Source: Lingula anatina
Lineage: Eukaryota > Animalia > Brachiopoda
Direction of reading: 5' to 3'
Length of the DNA: 64,000 nt
Assembly: GCA_051362555.1 (NCBI GenBank)
Contig: CM120645.1
Coordinates: 4,650,001-4,714,000 of the forward strand
Of this stretch, positions 26,101-41,100 are shown one piece after another. A program made the translations under genes and the position numbers. The notes under the pieces were generated by a model. It did not search any database. It was not told the DNA's origin and was given only the letters and a program-made list of their open reading frames with translations. Each line of letters begins with the position of its first letter. Position 1 is the stretch's first letter.

Positions 26101-29100
26101 CTGATAAAAACTTCATGTAAGTCACATGAATGATTTTTCTCCCAAAAACCAATTAAGGTGAAACAGCAATGAAAACATCACAATATAACTGTGAAGTTTT
26201 TTGTCAAAAAGCTCTCAAGGGAAAAAAGTCCACAACTAGTTCAACTTATTTGTGAAGTACTTTGATAAAAGGAAAGCAACAAGAAACCATCATTGTGGGT
26301 CTTGCTGTTATCTATGTCCAGCTTTGAATGACCGTTGAGTTGATATTGACCGAAGAGTATATTTGGGCTATGGGAAAGGAAGTGGGGGTCATCTCTGTCC
26401 TCACATGCCAGCCTTTCAAGCTCAAACAAGGACACTTAAATTATAAATTTTAAAAAAATCCAATCAGTTACAATTATTTTCAGTGACAATCTGAACTCAA
26501 ATTTCTGCAAAAAAAAATCAATTTCACTTCAACAAAAACTTTTGAAGGGCATTCTCATTAATTTTTGAAAAAAAAAAGAGCGCTTAATTTTAAACACTAA
26601 CCTTTTAACAATGGCTAGTCAACCTTATTACCCTATATTAAAGTCCTTGCTCTGGTTCAATCCAACTGACAAATTGCTCCTAATAAGGGTCTTTCACCCA
26701 ACCTAGCATGTCATGACGGGTAAACAAAAATAACATTTGCCGAATCCCAAATTTACTTTAATCAAACCTGATGTGGATTTCTTCATAAAGAAAGTTCAGC
26801 ATGGATTGCGATGTTATGCTGTCAACAAGTTTTCATTTGTTTTTTACCCAGAAATGATTGGCATCTTTGCATGACAATGAACAGCCTAGCTTTGCACAAA
26901 CACGACCTACTCATACGTACAGATTGTTTTTGTTATGTTCATACATTCACCGATAATATATACTTATCAATGAATATATCTAATTATGGGAAAATTTATC
27001 TGATAACTATTGTTTCTGGTCCTAATGTTTCGTGTTGGATTTGAAAAACTGATGATAAAACTTTCCTGATTGGAAGATCAGACCTTTTACACAGGATCAT
27101 GAATCTGATGAGAAAACTGATCTGATTGGACAACAGTGAATGTTTAGAGTTCTATCATATCTACTGGTATCTAGGATATTAATATCAACAAATTTTACAG
27201 TAAATGGCCACTTTAAAAATATTTTGGAAAATATCACATGGCATGACCTTAAAAGTATTTAAAATTAATGGACCATTGAAATACTTTAATATGAATACAA
27301 TACACACTTAAAGACAAACCTACACATATTTTTGAAACTCTAGAATTTAATTCTAGAAAAGTTTTACACGATAAAAAGCTATGGTTTCTGCTGGAAATAA
27401 CTATATGGGATATACAAAAAAGAAAATTCATTTTTGTAACATTTTGTGACAAAGGGTTGCCTTTTTTCTGTCTTCCTATTGTGTTTCCGGGCAAATATGA
27501 CTTGATACCACAAATATAGCAGTCAGCATTAGATTCTGCATGAACAGTGGGAGAGTGCAAAGTCGAACTCTCTCTCAAGGTGAAAGCTCCTACAGAAGGG
27601 AAAACAATATGAACGCCTGTGAGGCCCTGGGATTTCATTAATATTGGTTACAAATACCAGGACACTTCAAAATATATATATCACTACTGCCATCTTGATT
27701 TTAATTCTTTGTAAGTGGGAATTTTTGAAGATCATTTTTCTCTTTTTTTCTCTCTCTTTTTTTCCTTTTTTTCTACAAAATTTACTTTGTAAATCACTTT
27801 TTGAAGCCAAGCCAAAAGACAAAGTTTTATCCTCTTTTTCAGGACGCAGAGAGTTTAATTTCAGTATTACATCTTTACTTCAACAATATTAAACAGAAAA
27901 TCCATTTCCAATCATTTTTTCCTGAAATCATTTTTTTCATCACCTAATTGGTTTACTTTTACTTAAAATAATAAAATAAAATCATCTTCTCTAACCTTGA
28001 GGAAATATTCTACAACCTCATTCCACACTTATTGAAACAAATACAACATCCTTCATAACTGGACACCCGTTCATATGAAACCTGTTCAAACATAACTTTT
28101 TTCTTACCTCATAATTATAACCATAGTACAAATAATCTCTGGGGTCTGCATACGGCGTGCAATATGTCTGCCTACAACTGTAATACTCAGCTCCGTATTC
28201 TGCACTCACAGGCATGCTGTTGTTGTGTTGGATGTTATTGACAGAAAGTTACAAACAAATATCACAAAATCTTGTACCACTTCAAAGGGGCCCGAATGAT
28301 AAATACACCATGGGAAGTCTGTAACCAATGTCACAAGGCCAGCTGCTCTGCTTTCTCTGAACAAGACCTGATATAGTGTCCACTTCCCTCTCTCACTAAG
28401 CCCTGACTGCCTGACTTCTAAAAGTGTGGCCAGCCTCACTTCTTATATCTCAGTATGCCCATTCAACCATTTTATGCAAATTTTGAGGCAGGCTAACAAT
28501 ATGTTTCTGCGCCATGGATGGTTGCTCACGGTTCAAGAATAGAGCTAGTTGGAGTAGTCAGTCCAGCAAATGGTTGTGGTCAGGGAGAGACTTCCATAAT
28601 TATGTCAAAGTTGTGTAACAGGAACCATTCATTAAGGACCTGAGGCCAGGAAGAGTTTATTGTATACCTGGTCACTTAATTCTGGGGATGAACTGCCGTT
28701 CAGAGTTCATTAAAGTTATTTAGTCCCTTTTCTCACCTACTCCTTCTTCCTCTGTGTGTCCTTTCCTTGTCATTTTGTTTTCCCCCCTTTTATTTTACTT
28801 TAGAGACATTCTTGTATTAACAATGACTTAATGAAATTCCACAAAGTCTAAAATCAATTTATTATCCAGCATGTAAAATACATTTATCTTATTTACTGAT
28901 TTAAAGATTTTTTGCCTGATCATTATCAAATATCTGCTAACCATCTTTTTGTCTCTGTAACAATATAATTCATCAAATTAAACAATTTTGTACTAAAAAA
29001 AGGACCCAATCGCGAAATAAATTTCTTCCCATCACTTTCAACAAATAAATCTTTTTCATTGAATAACACTTTTGCTGCCAATTTCCAGTTACACGGTGCA

Positions 29101-32100
29101 ACAAGCTGGCTTCGACTCAGAGGGTGGGAAAGTCTGTCAGCCAGAAGATGGGGACCCAGATAACTAATATCCACCATGTTATTTTACAAGACAGGCTTAT
29201 TGAAGGTTTCCTGTGATGTATGGTAGGCTCACTGCTGCAAGCAATGTTATGCAAGTTCTCAAGGTTTGCTTGCGTTGATTTATTTGGTTTCAGGTTTGAT
29301 AAGTCCAGTTGCAGGGGTTACTAATGGGAAGTGGACATGACATGGTTTTGAACTGTGGAATTTCATGTGTCATAACTTTCTGTCTTTTTTACTCATGTAT
29401 TTATTTTTTTTTAATTTCAAATTAAATTTTAATTGTAAAATTACTTATTTCAAATATAATATATGTCATTAAGCACCCCATAATTCTTATCCCCCAAATT
29501 CTTCTTTATTATTTCTGATCCAAGTATTTTTTCCTAGCCCCCTTCCCCTCACCATCTCTCCCCACCCAATATTAGTAAAAATACTTAAGTACCAGTATCA
29601 GTGAGCAACAAACTATCAGAAAATTCTGAAAATATGCAAGTTCTAATACTGTAAACCCACAATCCACTGATTTTGGTCCAACAGAAAAAGATTTTATCTG
29701 TAAACAGTTTGCAATATCAAACTGATAATCTTTTTTATCTAAATTGTTCAAATTTGTAGAACCAGACCAAAATTATAATCTTTAAAAGGCCTGCTTACAC
29801 CTTTCGTGCCATTATCAAGAGTTATCATGCATCTTCTTTATGTCTTAATTTAATCAATCCCGGCCTGCCTCACTTCTGACTTAGATACTCTAAAGCCCTA
29901 GTTAAACAAAGGTTTGAAATATGATAAATGTTTTTTTTTTCTATTTTCTCTATTTCCTTTTCTTTTTGTCCAAATATTTTATCACAATTATTATGAAAGA
30001 TTATCACTCTCAATTTTAAATTGGCAAGCCATATTTTTGTTTTTGTTTTTTCAAAACAATTACATCAAGTCTAAACCTGCTTTAACATCATCTGTAAACA
30101 ATTTTTTTTCTCTCCCTACTGATCTTTTGCCATTTTTTTCTGATCAACTGCCAAAGCTAACTTAGCAGGGGAAACTGGTGCAACAACGCACTACGACTGC
30201 GACAAAGAGGATGTTTTCTTTTTCTGTCCCTTGTACGATTGTGACACCAGCATCGCTGTGCCTTGAGCGCCAAAATAAGATATAATTTACATTTGACAGA
30301 ATCAGACAGCAAACTTTTATCAGATTAACGAGCAAACAATGCAAAACTGAAAAATATGTTGAAAACCCAGACTGTAAACAATGCATAACCTCCAGCAAAA
30401 CAAAAGTAAAAGTTTAAAATTAAAAGATACACAATCCTATGTATCATTTTCTTTTACTAAGAATTACTTTCCCTTTCCTTTTTCCTTTTTCTAAAATATA
30501 TCCAAAAGAGAAAGGTTCATTTGGCTCCAAATATCTTTACGTCAAAGCCGACAACAATAGTGGAAAAGCCTAACCACTATGATTACTTTTGCTGCCCAAG
30601 GGTTTGGTTTGGGGGCAAAAACTATAGCTGTAATCAAGACTGTTACTTCCTTAATGTCTGTTAACTGGGATACCAATATTTCAACATACTGCTATTATCA
30701 ATATTTTTATTTATATCTATTTATCTTATAATACTGTTTTCCAATCTACTATTTATTTATTTACATATTTCATTTTTGTCAAAGCTCTTGGGTACACTGA
30801 TTGTTAAAGGAACAGTGGCCAACATTTTGGCCTAAAATATCCCATGGATTTGACATTTAGATTGTGTGCTGGATGTTTTTTCCTTGATGCCCAAAGGACA
30901 CTTTACATTTTCCTTTACTAGAAGTCAAAGCAACATACCATAATACATTTCACTTAAAATTTTTAGAATTTCGATTGGTTCCAGTTAATTTTATTGCCAC
31001 AATGAGCCTATGAGCATTACTCTGATTTTATGAAGTTATTATTATTATTATTTTTTATCCCAACTAGGACATTTTCTGAAGAAGATATAGCCTATACTAT
31101 TGCTTGTGAAAACAATGAACAAATTTTAATAACCAATTTTTAAATGTTATTCAACCATTTTCAAGTAAAAGAAAGGAGCAGGCAAAAAAAAAAAAAAATT
31201 ACTAATTTTTTTTCAAAAAATAAAGAACCACAAAATACAATACCTGAACCTAAATATAACCATGCTCTTAATGTCTACACTCCTCATCATTAAACCCATC
31301 ACCCCCTAATCTTCATCCTTAAGGCTGTGCTAGTAATGAGCCCTTTAAGTTAACCGAGGAAGTAGCACACGGCTGTTGTTTTAACTCTCTAGGCAAGTTG
31401 CACTTGGACACTTCATATATTGTATAACACTAACTGTCAAACAACATTTCTACACACCATATCTATGGGAAATCTTTAAAGGTAATAAGTGTGAATTAAT
31501 TACTCCAAAAATTCTTAATTTTTATTACTTATTTAAAGATATTCCTAGGTCCATAAATCCGATTCTGAAAACATGTTAAGGGTTTAAAGTTTAAACCTTC
31601 TGAGAAAATGTGTTATGTGCAAAAGAAAAGTGCATAAGTTGTATAAGAGATAGTGGACAGTAACACAAATCTTAAGCTTTCATCATTTGGTTTTTTGCCT
31701 GTTCAAATATGTACAAACTGATGTGCTGGACATGCTTGTGCATTTTCAGATGGAATCTAATTTGTATGCAAGCTAGTACACATGTACTTCACACGTTTGT
31801 GCATATGCAGAGCAGAATTCCACATTTATGCTTGTTCAAATCTTTCCTTTTATGGATTTTGATAATATTTATATCCATGGATCATTCATCAATAAGCCGA
31901 AATTGCTTTTCACATTAAAACTGTTTGCCAGGTACCAAAACTTTCCACATTAGCACAATAATGCATTGGACTTCACACATCCAATCCATAAAACAAGTTT
32001 TATTTATCATTACAAAACAATAACGAATCACTTCATAACATACTTCGCACTACTTATCAATTCTGAAAAATTTACTAAAAACCGATGTTTTTTTTTTTCA

Positions 32101-35100
32101 AGGTACCACCTGTTTGATTTTTACCTGCAAAACCTGTGGAGGGACCTCTGTGGTTGTGCTACCAGAGTCAGGCATGTTAATGGCGGACGACTGCTCGGAC
32201 CTTGACGGCAACGACTGTGAATATTGCAGCTCCTTGCGATCGAGATCTTGAAGTTGTTGCTTCATGATTAGCTGCTTCATGTTGGCTCGTGTGCTGACGT
32301 GGGCATTTTTAACCTCTGTCGGTGGACTGAAATGAGAAAGAAAGTGAACATCACTAGAAAAGTGCATCTTTCAGAAAAGTGTTAAGAACTTGAAGTACAT
32401 TCATTAAGGCAATAAGGGGTAGTCTGAACAGCCTAAGTTCTTTTTGTTTGTTTTTCCTTGCTTTTTTCCCTTTTTTTCTTTTTTTTTTTTTTTTTTTTTT
32501 GGGGGGGGGGGGGTTAGAAAAACCTGTAAATAGCCATTTTCCTGAAGTCTTATGAATGTTTAACAACCTTTCTTTATCTCACTGCCTACATTTGCCTTTG
32601 TTTCAATCAAGCATTGTTATTAAAATATCCCAAATTTTTTATTTCAGGTTTTTGACTTACATTTTGAGCAAACTCTGGTTTTTGTGGGGTTGGGTGGGTG
32701 AGTGGGTACTAGAGGAGAAATGATGTACCTTGCTTTCCTCATGAATATCCCAAACTGTGATTTAACACTATTCAATTAAATCATCTGTGCAAAATGTGGT
32801 GCAGGTGGTAAAAGGGGCAGAAAGAACAAATCTACCAACTGTTGATTCCTAATTCCCCGATTCCTGCCTGTTGCTACCTGAATGAACCAAAACAGGTGGG
32901 AATACTTGGTCACAGTCTGCTGCCATCAGCTGGCATTTCATACAACAAACACCAAACTTTTATCTCTTTTCCTTCTTGTTCCTATATTTCCATATCAGCA
33001 CCATATTGTCACACTAACACATAATGTTCCACTCTGTCTCTACAGACTTGTTTACTATTTATTTTTCTGTTGGTTTCAAAATTAACAAATACACCTCATT
33101 GACCGACAATTATTACCTAGCTGTATTTTCACCTTCTTTCTGTGCTACCAAACCAAAAGCAAAGATAAATAATAAGAAGATCCTGTGTCAAATGAAACTG
33201 TGCTATTGCTATTGCTATGTACTATTGTTTAAGTTCGTCTTTGTTAATAATGGATAAAACAGAAACCCTCTACTTTTCTTCTTATTTTAAGTTTTATTGG
33301 AAAGCAAACAAAGGTTTCTTTTTCATTCAGTATCATCAAAAACAATGAATAGCATGATAATACTGAGTTGCACCAAATTGAGAATGGTAGTGTTTACAGG
33401 CTTAATTTGGACTAATCTTTGTCTCTTTAAGAGATATGACTACATTTCGAACAGACAAACACTCTGAGCTTGAAGTACTTTCCACATCACACACCAAACT
33501 TTCTTCAGGGGTTTAAACCCAACATGTTATAAATGTACAGTAAAATGTACTAAAAAATAGTCAAGTTTTTGTCCCTGTTATTAAACCTTCTATCATGCGC
33601 TGATGAGTAAATCTTGTTTTTTACAAAACACTCCTTTTTGGAGGCCTACCTGTATTTTATGCAAATTGATATCAAAATTGACCTGTGCAATGCTACATGG
33701 GGAGCAAAGTCCACATTGTGAAAGGGGATGTGAAGAAAAAAGTTGGTCACAATGAGAAGAAATTATAGTTGTAGGTATGACACATCAGATATGTAAACAG
33801 CTGTACCAGATCAGAAAAAAATCGACACTTAATGTTAAATTAAAATATTCTTTTGCAATAAAATATGAAAAGGCAACACACATTCCATATGCTCTCTCCA
33901 AATAGGGCATTTCAAGCATGTATTTCAAATATAGTTCTTGTAAATATATCTTATTGTCCTTTATACCTTTATCAGGATTCTAACAATTTTAAGCATTACA
34001 ACAGTAACATTCAACTTTTAGGACATATAAATGCCACTACTACTGTTGTTAACAAACTCAGCAAGTTTGTAATTTTTTTAAATTGATACACAGCAAGACA
34101 TTTCAGATGAGAACAGTGTCCAATAAGAGTATTCAATGAAAAATAATTTAAAATTTATCACTTTTACTCCATATTAAGTCAATTCAAGTAAAACCTGATA
34201 TCTGCAGGGAGGAAATTAAGTTGCAGATTAAATGCATGAAAAGGAAGCAGATATTGCATTAAACTTCCTTCACAGGTTTAAACAATGACACTACAAAATT
34301 ACTATCACAAATCCCAGACACTTCCTCCAAGTGGACGGTGTTAGTTTCTGGGATTGTTGAGCCATTCAATATCCTTTTTGGTATTCCAATTTCAACCACT
34401 TCAACAGTGATCCGTGATGGGGACAAAAAAAAAAAAAAAAAAAAGATGACACAAACCAAGTTACATATAACTTGCTCTTCATCATATCCTCATCAGAAGC
34501 ATGATCATTAAAACAATTCGGTCCAATTATAAACTGGTTCAGATAAAGCAACTCACAACCCTTTATAAAAATTCAGCCAAAACCCTAACCACAAAGCAAA
34601 CCACACAGAGAAACCATGTTTCTTTTACTAACAAACAGCTGATAAAAGTCTAATCTAATCAAGAAAAGAATTAAATTAATTAATCTTTTGGCCTTAGTAC
34701 TATATACGTTTGCGGTTTTGTGCACTACCTGTATCCTTCTTGCAACAAATACTGTCTCCCACATTCAGCATAGCACCTGGCATTGTAATAACGACTGTAA
34801 TATTCACTGTAACTATAGCCGTAATGTTCACACGGCCCCTGCTGATAGTGACAGTAGTCAATCATTCTCACTGAGTTGGGCTGCCTGCAGCTTTCAAAAA
34901 TTGTTGCAAATGCCTTGATTTTAGTTTGTTAAGCTGCAGAATAATGTTTCTGTCCTGATAACTTTTTGTAAGTTATTTCCACAACTATTTTCACTCAAGA
35001 GATACTTCTCAACTATTCTTCTGTCTTGTGTTTGTTAGTTACTGGCACCAGTGCTCTCTCTCCACCATGAAATCACCAAATTTTTTCCTTATGATTTGTT

Positions 35101-38100
35101 GCATTTCTAAGATCCAAGTAAAATGCCTTTGTTCTCCAGAAAACTTGCAGTCAATATGACAAAAATGCAAGGACAATACTAAAGCTCTTTCTCTTTGAGT
35201 ATTGTGACCATGCCGTAGGAGGAAGTGTGTTTTATTGGAAGCAGAGTTTATATTGTAATTTTGACCCCTGGAAGGACGCCCACTTCTTGCCGAAAGAGGT
35301 GATGTCATCGTTGTACCTTCACTTTTGCCAAGCACCTAAATCACCTCCATCCGTTAAAAATGCAGTTGAAAGTTATACCACATGTTAGAATGAAAACATT
35401 TAGGCACACTTAAAGCCATACTAATTTGTTTTTCATTTTAAGACATATTTTTGATCATTTTTAAAGGACTTTATCAAGTTTCTCTTTTAGAACATTATTT
35501 TCATTTGATTGACACATCCTGTTGACCTAGTTTTCCATATATGTCAACCCCCATTTAACAACCAATAAGGCAGCCCAATCAAAACATATGAACCTCCCCT
35601 ACATCACCATATTTGGGTCATTGATACCATATTTGGAATCCAGCGTGCTGATGGATAAAAGATCAAATCAAGCAATTCTTTGGAGTTGTATGAACTTTTT
35701 GCACATGTATTTTTCTTAAATAGTATTCTCTAAGAGTCAGTGCACAATGCAAGGCTGAATCAATAAAGATAAGGGTAAGTTTTGCTCTCTGACAGAGATG
35801 TATAAATTTAGATGTTCACGACAGCGACAGTTGCTCCGCTGACTAACACTGACCCAGTGTAACTGAGCAGTTTGCTAGAAAGAAAAGTGAGAACTCCAAG
35901 CGATTGCCTGCTAAGCACTAAGAACTATGAACCTGCTTTCCCTTTCTTTTCTTTTCAAATACACTTATTAAAAACCTTCATACAAGGCCTAGAAAAAACT
36001 CTATTGTGCAAACACTATGAACCTGTTTTTGTTTTTTTTTTTCTTTCAGTTTAGCTTATTAAAAAGTTTCATAGCAGCATTAATAAAAAAACCCAAAAAT
36101 TAAAAAAAAAAAAGCAAAAAAGAGAAAAATTGTTCCATTTATCATCTGAGCAATTTTACAGGGGCACCTGCAATATCCAAGGTCATTAGTACTTTTAATT
36201 GGCAAACAATGCTTTTGTGGCCAAAATTTCACTGAACCCTTCCAGGGAGCTTCTGAACCTGGGCATTACAATATCAAATGAGCATGCCTACATGACTTTC
36301 TGTTGAATTCAATGTTCCACTCTGGCAAACAATTCTGCCCATGCAAACTCACTGCTATGGCTGCACAGCCCTCACCTTGCGGCAACGTTGCGAAAACGTG
36401 CAGCTGCCACAAAGGCCAGACTGCGAGATTGAACGACAATGCAATCAAATGTACTGAAGTTGTTTCATGCAATTTGCAAATGGTCCACTGCACAATTTAA
36501 GGACAAATATGTCGATTCATGAAAAGAAATTACCCAGAAAAATACGTATTGCCAGTGCTTGATTCCGATAAAAATGCAGTCACTTATTCATAAACAAAGT
36601 TCTTTTCATATCTCAAAACCCAGTAAGCCCACCCACCCCTAAAATTTTTGTAACAAAAAAAATTTAAAGACTTTAAGGGTTTAAATTACATTAACTTCTA
36701 TCAAAACGAAACCAAATATGAAAATAGCAGAGTCATCACTTTCGTAGCAAAAACCCCCTCCCACACAAGTTTTTTATGCCTACTGACACATTCTGAGTTC
36801 ACTTAGGCAAAACCACAGTAATGTTTAAAACAACAGACACGGGCTACCACCAATTTGACCAAAGTCTTCTTGATTACACTTCTGATAAGTCATGCTTAGG
36901 AGCATAACTTGAAACATCCCTTAGATGTAGCCATGTCAGGCTCCATTTACGTAACAAGATTAGAAATTACCAGAGGTAGAAGAGGTTGGCAGATGCCACT
37001 GGGCTTTAGACGAAATTCTGTGTTGGTTAAGCACACAATTAGGACCTGCAGCTAGTTTTCTTTGTTGTTCATCATTTCATCCATTTTTTTTCACAATTGT
37101 AATTGCAATATTCAGCAGACAGAAATAATTAAGGGATTGGACTCTCATGAGTTTTTTCAAGATGAATGTGTCAAAATGGTAGTAAAAGTCAGAATACGAT
37201 TGACTCTAATTAAAAACAAGGACAAGCGAAGCAGTTCAGTGATGGACTACTTCAAACAAAAGCAAATGATGCCACAAAAAAGAACTACATCTTAACCAAA
37301 TAGCCATACGGTAATAAAATGATAAAAGAAAGAGAGGCATTACCCTTTCCCCCCCAAGGCTAACACAATAAATGCTAAATTTCAAAGAACTTTTTTTACA
37401 ATTAATAGAAGGTGATTTTGTCTGTAATCCTTCAAGTCCCGACAAACTTTTTTTATCAAAGGTTGTATTTTTCTAACCTTTCATGGCCATATAACTGTAC
37501 CGAATGCTTATATATCATAAATTTGTCCTTATCATCAGATTTACAAATTGCTTTACAAATACAATGGTAATCCTTCTCTGACTGACAAGTATTGCCATTT
37601 TTTTCTTTTTAGATGCAATTGAAGTTCTACAAATTATGTGGTTGACATTATAAAAGGCAAGCTACTCAAAAGGAAATTGCTAGGAAAAGAAATCTCCCAA
37701 AGAAATATCAAGTTAAAAATGAATTTTTGTTGTTGTTGTTTTAGAAAAAAACTAAACTTGATAAACTAAGAGTGATCTATTCTTTGTGTTTAATCTGTAC
37801 TTTTCTATTGAAGAAAAAAAATTCATTTTTATATACTTACTTCATTCCGTACTTTTGAACCATTTTCCGGAAATTAAGATCTCACAGGCAAATACATAAA
37901 TATCTATACTGCGAAAATGCGTCCCCTACGTGAACTTTTCTGCTACAGCTATATTCTGAATCATCACATCAAATTCTCCAGATTTGTAATTTCCAATGTC
38001 AATCCTTTCAGCATGTTATTAATTCTAGATTAAATATTTCGGCACAGTCATGGAGAATAGCATCCAGGGCCTCCAAAGTATGCTATTATTTTCCCAGCAA

Positions 38101-41100
38101 AGTTTATATATATATTGCATGGCTCAAAAATCTGCAATGAGTAATTATGCTGGTAGATGAATTAGTCATCTATAAATTCAGAAAAAAATTGACCTGTTGA
38201 AAAAAAATACACTTTGTAGAGAGATGGGACTCCAATCAGGGCATAAATTCAATTCAAACTATTTCACAGACAGACTCGTGCTTATTTGGATGTGGTATTT
38301 TCAGGGCAAGTGACAGGGAGTGGGGCACACAGATTGTGTTCCTGTCTCAACTGGCACAATCTGGGGCTTAAGAGCTCCACACTACTGCAGTCTTGATTTC
38401 TTAAGCTCCTGTGCAATAGATGTTATCCAACCTTGCTTCAATTTAAAAAATAACCATATACTCCTTACTGCGTCAGGCATGCACACATACTTTTCAACAG
38501 ATTTTGTTTTCTTTTTAAAAAGAAATAAAAATTCTCTCTTGCTAAAAGTTTTAGTTTATAATATAAACAAGTAGACAAGTTTCTTACAACTATATGGGTG
38601 GCGAGGCCATACTAGTAGCACTGATGAAAATATTCAACAGTAAATTATCAGTACATGCCTTTTATCTTCTATAAATAACTATGCACGATGCAGTTAATTG
38701 ACTGATATGGTACAGATGGTTTATAATAATATATAACTTATGTGAATTCATTCTCACATGATGATCCCATGTGTCCCCATCTGTCATGGGACACACTACA
38801 CCAACACCCATTGATCATCTACTATAAAACCAATCAAAATTCTGAACCTTTAATTAATAAAATCTATAAACAGATTACCTGTCATTATAAGAAGAAGAAG
38901 ACAGTAATGTGCTCTTGCACTGCATGCACCCTTGGTGTACGTGCTTCCGCTCGTGCCCTTGCGATGTACAAGCAGGGCAATCATTATGCACATGCACCAA
39001 GCGCCTTGTGCTCAGATCGTAATACGTGAGTATCATACTAGGATAAGAGTCTGCACCCGTCCCTACACTCCCCTGGTCTGGTCCGTCCAGCTGTTGGAGA
39101 GATGGGTAATAAGTGTACCCTCCGCCTGGACTTTGTCGGCACAAATACGTCTGACAATACAAACATTGGCACCCACTCACAGAAGAAGCCTCCATTGATA
39201 TATTAGCTAATGAAATCTTTTATCACTTGGGATCAAACCCATACGCCACTATTCTGTCTCCTTATCTTCATCCAATATTGTGCTTGTAAGCTGCCATTGT
39301 GCCATCCAACTGTTATCCTTGTATTGAATGATAAGCAATGACACACAACACTCTATATATATGTAACTGTTTTGTCAATTAAGGCCAGCTTCATTAAAAA
39401 TGAATGTGTTCATTTAGCAGGTTTCATGACATATATTTGTTGGAAAAGCTCTCCATGATTTTCTATGCATAGATTAGGTGAAATAAACTATCTACTTTGT
39501 ACTGTTCTTTCTTAAAATTTAATTCATTATCCTATTCATCATCATTATAATTTCAATATACAATGAGAAACCTTGTTCTTAGGTTCCATTTGTTGAAACA
39601 AAAACAATCTTTCACTATTTTATCTTCAACTTACCACTTAACATTATTAATTTTCATACAGTTTTTGAGTTTCACAAGTATGACATAAAATGTAATTTAG
39701 GCTTCAGAACTTCTGTGCCTATATATCATTAGTTCAGTCTCAATTTGTGATACAACTGTCTCATTATCTCCTCTAACCCAAGGGAGACAAGCGCACGTGT
39801 GAGTGCAGATTAACGGAGGGGTACAGCTTTTGTGAGTGATGGGGACGTCTCCGTTTCACTCTTCATATAGTAAAAGTGCAAAATTCATATTAATCAAAGG
39901 CTACTGCCAAAATTTCATTGCCATGGGAAATTGTCTGGTTGTATTTATCACCTCATGACGAGATCTAGTAAAGATTGGCCACAAGGTATCTTGTGAAGGG
40001 GGTAATGTCAGGCAAAAGATGACAAGAAAAGGCTGAAATCTGTGATTGATCATGTTGCCAAAACCCTCAAAATTATTCTCTGCAAGCCCAAAACACCCCC
40101 CTCTTACCAAAAAAGATTATGTTCTGAATATTGTTAAAATATCATCAAAATGCAAATGACTAACTAAAACACAATCAAGCTAATTGCTTTTTCCATACAC
40201 ATAAATTACCATCTCATTATAACATAGGAAATGTGTTTGGGTGTACGTATCTCACTCCCCCCCCCCCCCAAAAAAAAAAAATCTTGATTCTGAAAAATGC
40301 CCTCTTTTATCAGTTCTCTAAACTAATCACTAATCATTATTCTAGACCATTGCCATCAGATAGTATTTTACCTAATATCAAAAATATAAATCTTTGTCTT
40401 AATGCCAACTAAAATATTTGATTATTCTGAGCCAATTAATTTGATGAAAAGGAGATGTTTGGCTTCTTACAATAAAAAACTGTTCTACAGCCTTGACCCT
40501 GAATGTACAAATTGTTAAAATGTTAGTTTGATTAAATGGAGATTTCAACATTACTGAGTCATAAGATTTACTGGTACTAATTTTCCAAATATAGAGCCCA
40601 TTTTAAAGATACAGAGCAAGTGTTCTATAGAATGACTCAAGGAGCGATACAGCAAATTTTTTCATGTAAAATATCTAAAAATTTTCTCATATGAGTAAAT
40701 GTTAAGAAGTTCTTTGATTAAACTTTTCACTTCTGTTTACCATACTCCTACAGTATGCTTTCTTCAAAATTTCCTGCAACATTTTGGTCAACATTTTGCT
40801 TCCCGTTTAATCTATAGAGAGTCTGTTTTTTTTTCTTTTGTTTGCTTTATAACTACTGTGACATACTTTCCTCCATTCCAAAATTGTGTTAATAGGTAAT
40901 TTTAACTATTTGTTCCAAATATATTTTAGTCAGTCAAACAAGTACCATTCATGTGAACAGTTACATACTGTAGATTATCTATGCACCCACAAACAAACAC
41001 TGCGACAATGACATGCCTGAAGATCACGAATGGCAAGTACAAAATGCTACTTTCTTTTTCAAGCTTTCAAAACAACCTTTTACCACTTTCGTGGAAAACA

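Noticed and set aside
26241-26435. Possible further MITF alternative exon
   Set aside because: Non-ATG start and no convincing in-frame donor.
35039-36500. Minus-strand ORFs in MITF intron 1 (35039-35335, 36266-36493)
   Set aside because: No phase-compatible strong donor identified and no recognisable protein; could still be enhancers or non-coding exons.
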